Shown here: in pieces, positions 52,256-64,000 of the stretch | How the letters are laid out: every line of letters starts with the position of its first letter | Numbering within the stretch: position 1 is the stretch's first letter | Origin: Chrysomallon squamiferum | Taxonomy: Eukaryota; Animalia; Mollusca | Assembly: GCA_012295275.1 (NCBI GenBank) | Contig: CM022668.1 | Span: 1,178,001 to 1,242,000, forward strand | Direction: 5' to 3' | Length of the DNA: 64,000 bases | Notes under the pieces: generated by a model | The model's database searches: none | Told to the model about the DNA's origin: nothing | What the model saw: the letters and a program-made list of their open reading frames with translations, nothing else | Program-made: the position numbers and the translations under genes

Positions 52256-55200
52256 TTATAATTCATCATTGGGTCGAATCTAAAACACAAAATGAAAGAG
52301 AATTTATTAAGTACACATACTTATTTTAATATACAACATATCAGACATTCACAGAGAAAAACAAAACAAATTTTGAAACATTCTGGACAAATTATTATTA
52401 ATAAAAGCAGTCATTAAAAACAGTAATATTGAAAATAACAGAACTTTTTTGACTTAGACACCGATATGATAAGCAGATTTAAAGATTTTTGTAATATTTA
52501 GTATTATGCATAGCAGGCTTACCTGCTTCTTTCTGGAATTATTTTTCACGTAATTGATAATAGCTTCGGGATTCAAAGTGTGAATTTCAAATCCATAAAA
52601 AGTCTGAAATGAGCAATATAAAGAAATTGTAATAGGCAGAAAGGAAATTATAGATCATGCGATTTTTTTTGGTTTTAAATAAAAGAGTAATGCTAATATA
52701 ATCTAAGTTTTCTGTCTATCATACCACGGAATACATGCAAGTGACAGCAATATGTAAAGTAATACTAAATTTAAGGAACCATTTCCATTACAACAAGTAA
52801 TTTGTGTTCAGAATTTCTACTAATTTTAATGAATCATTATCTACTCGATCATGTTTCAGAGTGTAAAAAATACCAAGGTTATTGTGTTTTCAGTACAATT
52901 AACAAATTTATATAACATTTAGATAAAATAAAAAATGGGCAGAGGATAAATAAACAAACCTAGTCTTGGCAGTGAACAGGTTAAAATAGCAGACAATATG
53001 CAACAGTATTTTTAATTCAAACTTTTTTCTTTAATCATGGTTGAAATTACAGCTTTACTTTAGATACCTGTTTTGTGTAATCAACATCAATTCCTCTGTA
53101 GAAGCGTACAGATGGGTAAGCTGTGATGCCAGCCTGCTGACAAAGCCAGTGTTCCTGGTCACAGTTTACTTTACCTGCCTTTGCTATTCCTTCTATTTTC
53201 TGAAAACAAGAAATAACGTTTAAACATCTTCACTATGAAAAAATAAAATTACATTGTTGAATTATTTTTGAAAAGTGTGAGACAGTGTAAAGACATATCA
53301 GAAGAATGTTAAGATCAGTGGATGGTAAGTGTCTTGTTATTTCAGAGATAAACAGCATAGTTTAATTTTCATTTTCACAACATACATTTTGAACTTTATA
53401 AAATTATAAAATATGACATCAAACATTTTATAAAGTTTTCCTGAAATTTTATTAACTTAGAGTTAAACACTTAAATATAATTTGTAATTGAGATGTAATA
53501 TCAGTGAAGGTAATATTGAACACCTGCATCAAAGGGGCCATAAATACTTAATTTGTTCCTGATAAATACAGAATGTAGGGGATAAGGTGTACCAATATGT
53601 GTTAAATAAACAGTGCTTTTAATCTTATTGTAGTTTTTTAAGGCTGCAAGATAAGGACAATATATTTTGATTATAAGTAATAAAATGATTTCTGACACAA
53701 TCTGTATATATGTAAATATACATAACCTCAGCAACTTCTTCAAAATCTGGACGGAATATCTGACAATGGCCACACCAAGGAGCATAGAAATCAATAATCC
53801 ATGGTTCATCACTGGTTAACATTTGCTGAAAAGTTTGTGAATTTAAAGAGTACACTTTACTAGGAAGAAACTCAAAGGCCCAGGCTTGCAGTGAGTGTGC
53901 ATCACGATGCCATCCAGTGTAGACACTGAAACAAAGGTAAAAGACTGTGAATCTAACAGCAAACTACAAAATTAAATAAGATTAATTTCTTTAATTAGAT
54001 TAAACCACATTCTAAATTTATTCTGTACTGAAAGATGATGGTAGCAACCAACAAACATCTTGAACTTGTAAGTAATTAGAAATTATAAAGTTAAATATAT
54101 TATAAAGTATTATTATTTGTTTTAAATTGTTTAAAGTAAAAAAAAATTATAATCTCGTCTTCAGCACACTGCTTTTGAATGTTTGCAAATATTCAGACAC
54201 TAAGAAAGTGTTGTGCATTTTGTCAATAATCAATAAAATCTGTAATTGGTTGTACATTCTGCAAGGTTAATTAAGATAAGCCAAATAAGAGTATAAATAT
54301 TAAGTAAATATGAATATGGACTGATTGTTTCATTTCGTAAGTTTAAATAAAATAAATTAAGATGCTTGTTATAAAATTCAATTTAAGAGAACAAATATTA
54401 TTTTTTCTACAATTAGTAAAGTTGGTTTGACTCACTGAAAATCTCCAGGGTCTCTTGCACCTGCTGGGTAGAGTCTGATGTTTGGATATGAGTTGACATT
54501 CTGTTCACGACACAGATCATGCTCACTCACACAATCCACTTTGGCAACATGCATGTTCTTAATCTCCTTCACGATCTGAAATGTATCAAAAACCTTTCCT
54601 GAGATTTTCAAACCAAAACAGTTTTTAATATATTTATTATTCTGATTAATGTCCTAAATATGCCATCTCACCATCATATACATTTAAAAGTGATTTATTT
54701 ATTTCACTTTTATTATTAACTTGTTATTTTTTTGCCGATTATAAATTTTAAACTATGAAAATAAGCTGTAAATACAATTTTACCTCAGCTTTCTAATAAA
54801 TAAAAAAATTAAAAATAACAATTTGGATATATTTTTATACAGTTTCAAAGAAAATAACAGAAGTTTTAGATTTATAATACCTCCAAAAAACTCAACTCTA
54901 AGTTAGATAAGAGTTCAACAGAGAAAGAGATTCTACAGGATTATCAACAGTTATTTTGTTACCTTTGCTAAACGGCTCCATTCTGGTGCTAACTGCTGAC
55001 ATGGTCCACACCAAGGAGCATAAAAATCAATAAACCAAACATCGTTCGTATCTTTGTGTAGAACCATTTTCCTAAAACTATGTTTGTCAAGAGACATGAC
55101 AGGGGGATTTAAGGTATCCTGAGAAAAAATAAAAAATAAATAAGTAACTGTTAATTAATTTATTCCTCAACAACAGTATTTAACATTTTATACATTACCT

Positions 55201-58200
55201 TATACATTTTTTTGTTTCCAAATTTTGATCACATCCCAACTTTACTTTGTAGAATTTCAATTTATATGCATGTAACAAAGGAAATTTGCATGCACATACA
55301 CAAATATTTTTATATTATTTATTTATTTGGAACGGTCAAGTAAAGAATTCTCACCTTGAGGAACTCAATGATGCTCTCAGCACTGTGATGTCCATGATAG
55401 TGGTGCGGGGTGCTCTGATTGTACATGATAGTTGTAGGGTATGAATGAATGTTGTACTAAACAAAGAATAACACAATTTACTTATTTTATTCTCATATTA
55501 ATGCCATTATAATTTTATTAATTCAATAATTTACTTAAACTGTCTTTATACATTCACCAACACACTCATAGACAGACACACACACACATACACATATATA
55601 CACATACACACTCACTCACATGTTATTTATTAGAAAGAAAGACAGAGAGAATAGAGAGCATACTTTGACATAAGTGTCATACATATTATGATACTGTATA
55701 ATAAATACTTTTATCAAAATATAATAATGAGAAAAAGCTGAAAAATAAACAATATATGTAAAAACTCAAAGAAAACCATTAATTTATCAATGTTTTTAAA
55801 GAATCAGTAACTTACACTGTTACACAGAGAGATATGAATGGTGCAATCAACTGTTCCAAAGTTTACAGTTTCTCCAAATGACTTGGCAGCTTTTCTGAAC
55901 TCTGGTAACAAGTTCATACATGGTGGGCACCACTACAAATATACAATACTCATCTTATATATTAAAATATAAAATAAAATTAGAGTTATTAATTATAAAT
56001 TGTTAATGCAAATTAAAGACATTTAGAAAAGGTTTTGCTAAAAATAAATGTTTTTTTTTTAAACAATTAGAGTTCTATATATTAAGAATTACATAATCAT
56101 TTGGAACCAAATATCTAACTTATATTTAATTAACTTCAGATAAAAGTACCACGATCAAAATCTGATCGAACAAAGACAAACCATTAAACCTATTTCTATG
56201 GTTACAGTCTGTATGTAATAAGGTGTGATAAAAATATAGAAGTTGGGACATGTTTTTTTCATATATCATTCTTAACACATCTAAGTTATTTCAATATCAT
56301 CAGTGTACTGTACTCTATGATTATAGCTTAACTGATTACTTTTTATTATCCTAAAGGAAACTGGCAGAAGAAAAATGAAAAGGGAAACATGGTACCGTAG
56401 TAAAAATCTGAATAATAAAACACAGCCTAAGTAATTTATATGAAGAAGGTACTTACAGGGGCAAAGAAATCAACAAACCAAGGTTCTGAGCTATGAATAA
56501 CCCTGTCAGGGAAATCACCGGGTCCAAGTGCTTCTAAAGGTGTGGCAGCACTGTCTCGAGAAAATGCTGCTATGTCGTGTGCTGTCAGTCTGCCTGCAGT
56601 AACATTAGACAACATTCATAAATTTATAATTTTACATCATATAAATTAATTTTTCTTTTTTACCATTCTGGACAGAGAAATTATTTGAAGCAAGATATTA
56701 TACACCTAGCCCTTTTAAAACTAAAAATCTAAAAATAATTATCTTTAAATACCTCTCTGGAAATTATTTAAAATATTGTCAATTAATCCGAAATCTATTA
56801 CAAATACACAAACTTAAATATAATACTTACCGTAATAAATTTCTGTCCCTCCCGTTTCCTTGAAAACCATGAAAGATGGGAATTTATGGACATGAAGTTC
56901 ATTACACTTTGACCTCATTCTACTACAATCAACTCTGCCAATCTGAGAATGAAAAAAAAAAAAAAAAAATAAGAAATATAGCAGTAAAATAAAATAATTT
57001 TAAAAAATGGAATGTTTCCCACTAAGAAATAATTGTACCAGTAATTCATAAAATATAATTGGTTCAAACTCACATGAAAGTCATCCAACATGGCTGGCAA
57101 CTTTCTGAGTTCCAAATCCTGTCCACCATCTCCTTCAACAAAATGAATCAACCAGGCACGGTCTTGACCTGATTTCAACTTTTCCTGAATCTCCTAGGAA
57201 AATGAAATGCTCCAAATGAGTAATACAGGGGTAGATCTATTTTCCATATACAATGAGTTTCATTACAAATAAGAAAAAATAAAAATAAATAGGAAACAAC
57301 AAAAATACATGAATGTAGATAATTATATTTATTAAAATGTATTTGTTTCTAAAATTTCTAATGCCTATAACAAAAGGAACTTGTATATTAAGATCTGTAC
57401 AAAAATGAGTTTAAAATGAAAAGAAAAGAAAACTCTAAATCCTGACTTATGTTTACATTTATTTCATTGTTTGCTCAAACATTCAAAGATAGAAAAATAA
57501 TACCTCAAATGTTTCTGTATCAAGGACAGTGACATCAGGAAGCTGAGATAAAACAATTCTAGCTATTTCTTGAGCATGAAGACTTCCTATATCCTATTAA
57601 AAGAAACACTTTAAACTTTAAATTCTTTTTAGTAAATAAAACAATCCTAGCTATTTATTGTGTATGAAGACTTCCTATAACCTATTAAAACAACACAAGT
57701 ATTCAAACTTTTTAATTCTTCTTAGTAAATAAATGATATTATTAAAGAAAAATTTTGGAAATGCTAAAGAGATACAATCATGACACATTTTTTTGCTTAC
57801 ACAGTATTCATACTTCAGTCACTTAAAAATGTATTAAACGGTATACATTTTTAACAATTTTCTTAATTACTACACTGAGAAACTGACTGAGACTGGCCAA
57901 GTCTTCACAGATATGTCACACATGAGACTATAGCCATTTCATGATGAAGAGGAAGAAAATGCTTTAGAAACACATACTTATCAATTTAAAAAGAATATAA
58001 CACAGACAATATGTTAATCCAAATAGCTGCCTGCGCTACTGAAAGTGTGAATGAAATGACCCAGATGACAAAAAGCTACTCACAAATGTTTATAGTCGGT
58101 AAGGCAAATTTAGAATTCATCTCTTTTAAAGAGATGGTATATGTTGTAAACTAACTTGTATCTTTTTCAAATGTCTAATTTCATCAGAAAATATCAGGAC

Positions 58201-60180
58201 TGCAGACTTTCAAAAATAACTGTAGATTGTTTTCACATACACCTCTGCAGCATCAACAGCCCTTACAATGGTAAAACCCAAATCTTTTTGAGAGGATTAC
58301 TTTACTACAAGATTAACAAGAATTATCTGACAGTTTAGGTAACAAAAAATAAAAAATAAAAAAATAAAATAAAATAAACACACACATACAACCATAAATT
58401 AGAGGTGGAGAAACCCAAACAAAACAAAATGTTTTCATTATTATTGTCTTTAATGATTTCACATAATATAATAAATGCTGAACAAATACAAATACTGTTA
58501 CCAGTTGTTTTCCTTTCTTCACGTGTCCAGCCTGGTAGAAATAGGTTCCGTACTCAACACCAAGTTTCTCACATACTATCTCATTATCGTGACAGTAAAG
58601 TAAACCAACATTCACCAAATCTTGCTTGAAGAGAGAAAAACAATAGTCTGATCAACATACTTCATCTTCATCATACATTTCTAAGACTAAAGTAGTATCA
58701 TTACAAAATTTATTTTCTAGAACTTCCATATAAATTGCATAAAAGGTTACTTTTAAATATTCTTTTTGAAAATTATCCATGGGAAAAAAAGAAATAAAAA
58801 TCTTCTAAAAATGTATTTCAGTATTGTGGTGAAAGTGACTGTATATCCCAACTTACCAACATGGCTGCCAACTTCAAACATGTCCTTGGTTCAAGACAAT
58901 CTAAAAACAAAACAGAACAAATCAATGATTTATATAACAATTTTAAAATGTCTCCAACATGTCTAATTAAAATAAAAACCCAGGCAGAGAAACTATATAT
59001 ATATATTTTGTACACTGAACTAATCTGATAACTCCTGCTACAAAGGATACTAATGCACACCTCCCAACACCATAATCTAACTGCAGTGGAGTAATTCTTC
59101 CTTACCTCCTCCATCTCCACAAAATGTTATAAGCCAGGGGAGACCACTCTTATCTTCTTCCACTTCCGTTTGAAAATTGTTTTTCGACAGTGCTTTATAT
59201 TTTGCTTTTACATGTTTCATGGCAAAATTAATGAGTGGTGTTTTCTTTCTTTCACCATAATACTTCTCTTTCTACAAATATATAATTTAAACATAAATAT
59301 CATATCATACAATAAAGTAAATCTGTTAAATAACACAATGTCCACACTAATCAGAACAAAAACAGTCATTTTTATCTTCTTTTTCACCTTAAAAAACAGA
59401 GCAATAAACAGTGAATATTTATAATTTACTGAAATTCAGAGACCAATGAATGAAATTATGGGTTTTTTAAACAAACTTAACAAACTTATGAAAGAACATT
59501 AATCTGGAAGAGTGCAAATTGCAACACATGATCATGACTATTTCTTAGAATATTTACAGTGTTAACTAACCTTTGGGTATATGACAAGTGATGGGTAACT
59601 ATTAATACCCTGCATGCGACACAGATGCCAATCATCTTCACAATTTACTGCTCCAATACGTATGACACCCTCCAAATCTCTGGCCAATTCTCGCCACTGA
59701 AAATAAATCATTTGGCTGACATTCTGAATAACTTATTTAACTGTATCTTGTAAAATTCTTCAAATTTATTAAGTTAAAGTTCATACAAAATAACATATAT
59801 TTAAAATAATGAACTTGGTTTCTGTAAATTTCAGTACAGCTATTTAGAATGTTAACACTTTTTAAACTTTAATGTTGACTATTTAAAAGTGTATGAAACT
59901 CACATCTGGTGCTAGCTGATGACAATGTGAACAATGTGGAGAATAAAAGTTTATAAACCAAATATCGTCAGTGCTGTCAACTGACTGTTCTGTGGAAAAA
60001 AAGATAAATAAATAAATGTTTCCTGTGTGAGTTTGTAATATTAAACAGTTTTAATAGCAACAGAAAATAAACCTTATTTAAAAATTATTTTAAGAAATGG
60101 TACTCATTTAATTAAAGTCCCAGTTCAGTTTACTGATTTTAAAAAACAAGAAAATATTAATCTTATCTGTTAACTTATGA

Positions 60181-60229
<49 letters not shown>

Positions 60230-62172
60230 CACAAATGTGTAAATGTACACAAGTAAAAATTATCCAAATCTGAGTTTGTGACCCTTAAGTCTGGGAATGG
60301 GATTTGAAATACTTTTTGTTTGAACAATCTTGTATTTTACACCTTACACAATATTCTACTTTATTATTTTACTGCAGATATAAAAAGATCATAAATAATA
60401 ATTTAAAAGAAGTAACCAAAACAAGTGCAGTGGCTTTTGATTATATTATATTTTATTTTTAACTAAGAATTAAAAAGCTATTTATTTTTTTAAAAACACT
60501 TGAGAAGTACTCAATGGTGATAAAATAAAATAGATAATTTCTTTCAGTTTTTGAATTAATTTAATAACTGGTTACTAGTACTACTTCTATTTGTCAGCTT
60601 TATCCTCTGAATGTCTAATGGCAAATGGAGGATAAAGCTGTATCTTAAGACAGTCATCAGTTATCCCTTATTTATATGTATATGTCTGTGTGTGTGTGTG
60701 TGTATGTGTATGTGACAAGCTTTGATTCTTTACATTTATTAGAAAATAGAAATGACATGATCAACAAATGACAGAAATGAGAAGTAAAGCCTTTATTGTT
60801 TTAGAAGTAAACTAAGTATACTAAACAAACTTACCAAAATCAGATCTACTTAGTGTGATAATTTCTGGATCATCATCATAAATACCTGAAAAACATTGAT
60901 TTTGAAAACAATTAATTTTTTCTACTTCATTTAACATTTTTCTGATTTTTCTTTATTTGTACTATAGAGACACCTTTTGAATTATCAGTACTTTTAATAC
61001 AGTAGGAACATTACTCAGCTTGAAGAAGCTAACACAACCATGTATACAACTAATGGAAGGTATACATGAAACTAGATGGACCATCTTATCAAACATTTAC
61101 AATAGCACAAATCATTACAATGAAAACACTGGTTGGAATTAAATTACAATAACAGTATTAATTATTTACTTGAAGAAGGCTGTCTGTTTTTGAACAGAGA
61201 CAATGAATTACATTAAACTTTCAAGATTTTCAAAAACTCTCCTATACTTGACTCAACAATGCAGAATTATGAGATGTTGTTTTCATGAATCATTTTATTA
61301 TTAATATAAAGGAATTAAGAAAAATAATAAACAAAAAATGAACTTTCTGTTTTTGTAGCCGTAAAAGCAAGTAATATATATAATGCTGTTACAGAGCCTA
61401 CCAATGATGAAAAATAGCCATAGTAAAAATTAAATGTAACAGAATTTTAATTAGCTGTTTTCCACAACTTCAACAGTATTTTGTAGGATATTTTTTCCAT
61501 TTTAAAAACTTTGTGAGATTAAACTAATTTATCAAGTTCAATACCTCTTAGTTAATCATAAATTTGTTTAACAATGTGATACCTGCATTATGAAAGAAAA
61601 AGAAGTAAGAACCTACCAAAGTTCTCCTGATACCACTGCCAGCTTTCATAGTGCCTGCCATGTGTATGATCATCTTTTAACCCTTCTTCTCCATACTTAT
61701 CATATTTTTTACGTAATTCTTCATCTTTTAAAACTTCATATGCTCTGTTAAATTTTAAAAACCTTTCATGTGCTTTGGGATCATCCTTTACCAAAAAAAA
61801 GAAGAAAAAAAAAAGAAGAAATCTTATTACTTAAACAAATACATTAAACTGCTAAAGCAAGGTATGAATTATGTTAAACTATACATTCAGGTAATATTCT
61901 GATTCCATTTATCATCTTTTAAAGAAGTGTTTTTTCTTGAAACAGCCTACCTTATTTTTATCAGGATGATGTTTTACTGCTAACTTTTTGAAAGCTTTCC
62001 TTATGTCTTTGTTTGTAGCAGATCTTGGTACTCCAAGAAGATCATAATAATCCTCATCAGCAACACACAAATGTATCAACAACAGTAAGATCAAAAACTG
62101 ATGTCTGTCAAAATGGATACAAGTGCAAGTGGAAAATATCTGAATATACACATGTAGTGAAAAATACTTCAT
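52256..62172 (-). CDS. DNAJC10: DnaJ homolog subfamily C member 10 (ERdj5), ER J-domain protein/disulfide reductase, ~798 aa
   Basis: Hydrophobic leader, then J-domain (DYYDLLGV...[12 protein letters not shown]...[15 protein letters not shown]), [12 protein letters not shown], thioredoxin motifs CSHC, CPPC, CGPC, CGHC, and C-terminal NDEL*. Twenty phase-consistent coding exons: 61951-62172, 61617-61785, 60835-60885, 59904-59989, 59571-59696, 59106-59271, 58857-58900, 58502-58624, 57504-57593, 57074-57193, 56831-56942, 56457-56593, 55816-55932, 55355-55456, 54963-55118, 54436-54575, 53727-53925, 53068-53199, 52523-52603, 52256-52279. Confidence 0.96.
57550..57733. repeat. ~88-bp diverged tandem duplication of a DNAJC10 acceptor plus the 5' half of the exon
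   Basis: aacaattctagctatttcttgagcatgaagacttcctatatcctattaaaa versus aacaatcctagctatttattgtgtatgaagacttcctataacctattaaaa. Confidence 0.85.
60182..60233. repeat. (CA)n microsatellite
   Basis: Seen directly. Confidence 0.9.
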
Positions 62173-63529
62173 ACTGCAGCACGTGTCTTCCTAGATAGGA
62201 TGTCCTATTTAACCAGGTTTGAATTTAATCTAAAAATAAATGAAACAAAATTTTACTATAGTCACTGAATATTTATTTTTGTATTTAAATATATATTATT
62301 TGTTCACTATCTTTCATCTATATCAATTTTTTTCTAGCTGGCAGAGTTTTTATATTCTTTTAAATAGTACATGCAATTGAATTATGCAGATTTCACTTCC
62401 ACAGAAAATAAAGTTCTATTAAAACAGTATTTTGTAGCTTTAATATATTCATTTAATTAGTCATCAAAATTTTGTTACAGCCATCATAAATGTGAAAATA
62501 ATCACGTTCCACAGAGAAACCATCATTTAATATATATGCATTAATATATAATAACTGTCAGATATAAATGTGTAATTATTAAATGAAAACCACTAATATG
62601 TGATATGCTCAAAATTCTTTTGCTTTTTTAAATGAATTATGACTTTCATGAATATCCATTTGTTTTATCATATTAATACAAACGTGCATCTCTTATTACA
62701 TTATGGCCCAATCCTGCATGATATTCCTCTATCTTCCTTTTCATGAAAATGTAGCCCATATCTTTTTGTTTTCCTTTTTCAAATATATTTCTGCAGTTAT
62801 ATTCATTTTTTTTGTTCCTTCTGTCATTCATAAATAATTCTTGGATGCCTTTAATGAGCAACATTGGTTATTTAAAGAATTATTGTTAATTTTGGCTAAC
62901 ATCTTCCAATAATTTTGAGCATGTTATTTATATTTAACCTGAAATAAATTCCACTTGCAAGCAATTCTTCTGAAAATTTTATATCTGTATGTTCAAAAAG
63001 GTGTTAGGAGTATTTTCTTACCAATCCGAAGCAAAAAAATAAAACAGACACAATACACTGGTCTAAATGGCTATTCAGTGTCTACTGAAGAAGGTAACAA
63101 AATCAAAATATGAAAAGACAAATTCTGAACTGATCTTAGTTACAGATAAACTAGATATTGTCAATTGAATTATATTTTCAGTGTTACATTCTAGAAGATA
63201 ATATCCCCGTCTAAACATTTTCAATGGAAACTTGTTATTTATATTTGTATGTTCAACATTCACATTACATTGGTAATACCATTGAGGATTATTTATCTAA
63301 ACTGACAAAAAGGGCTATATGACATCTATATGACATCTCAGAAATAAACAGTTTGAATTGACTTGTTTGACATCATTCTGATTTCTGTTTTCTTTATCAT
63401 TATCTTGAAGAAAAAATCTTTTCTTCAAAAAAATCATTAAAAAAAAAGACACAAAAAAAACTGTAAAGTTTTAAATCATGCAAAAATAAAACAAACGCTT
63501 CAATGTTAAAATTTTATAAAAGTATACTG

Positions 63530-64000
63530 GAGCTTTTTGACGTCACTTCATCCTAGTTTCTTATACAACCCATGTCTGATTGTTGCTCTAAAATTACATC
63601 ATTTGTTTGCATACACTTGTAAATAAATAAATTAAAAAACAAAACAAAAAAACACATAAAAATGATGCAACAGAACAAAAAAAGATAAATGTGGTTTTAA
63701 TTACATCCACGAAACACTGAGTCGAGCGTCACTGGTTAGTCGCTGTTGATGTTACCGTTTAGAATTATCGATGCCCCAGACTAAGTATAATTATATTTTT
63801 GCTCGAACCAAAATCTAACCCCAGATATTTGAATAACTATATATAAAAATTAAACATAATATTGCAAAGAGAAGTCATGCCAGTAAAATAACCTAAACAA
63901 TAAAATCTTTAAGTTTAAAAAATCACCCCTGAATGAAAACAAAAAGCAGTCGACATATTCACTCCGGAAGTATAAGTACACGTGTCCTACGCATGCCAAC
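63530..64000 (-). promoter_or_regulatory. Probable DNAJC10 promoter / first non-coding exon region
   Basis: CpG-rich. CRE TGACGTCA at 63538-63545, ETS CCGGAAGT at 63964-63971, ACACGTGTC at 63978-63986. The first coding exon has an upstream acceptor at ~62230, which implies a non-coding exon further up. Confidence 0.5.

Noticed and set aside
52256-62172. Selenocysteine (UxxC) in the thioredoxin motifs
   Set aside because: All four CXXC motifs use TGT/TGC codons, and the spliced CDS has no in-frame TGA.

Overview
This is AT-rich, intron-rich animal genomic DNA. The composition, microsatellites and CpG-depleted gene bodies suggest an invertebrate, possibly a mollusc (inference only). Two spliced genes lie in tandem on the minus strand. 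(1) DNAJC10/ERdj5 has 20 coding exons (62172->52256) and about 798 aa, with a J-domain HPD, four CXXC thioredoxin motifs and a C-terminal NDEL. (2) A giant secreted cysteine-rich repeat gene starts at ATG 43588 with a signal peptide, has at least 59 exons and at least ~3,750 aa of CPxGxYC (GCC2/GCC3, ephrin-receptor-like) repeats, and runs off the left edge. One of its introns holds a decayed DD34E Tc1 transposon. The most striking unexplained pattern is that every long, well-conserved minisatellite in the window is anchored exactly on a splice junction. Each is built from the junction sequence itself, giving arrays of decoy donors or acceptors, most of which lead straight into an in-frame stop. 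The giant protein also shows a ~687-aa super-repeat with mostly non-matching intron positions, a GC-AG intron, a +1 frameshift and an apparently missing exon. All exon calls were read by hand, and boundaries may be off by a base or two.
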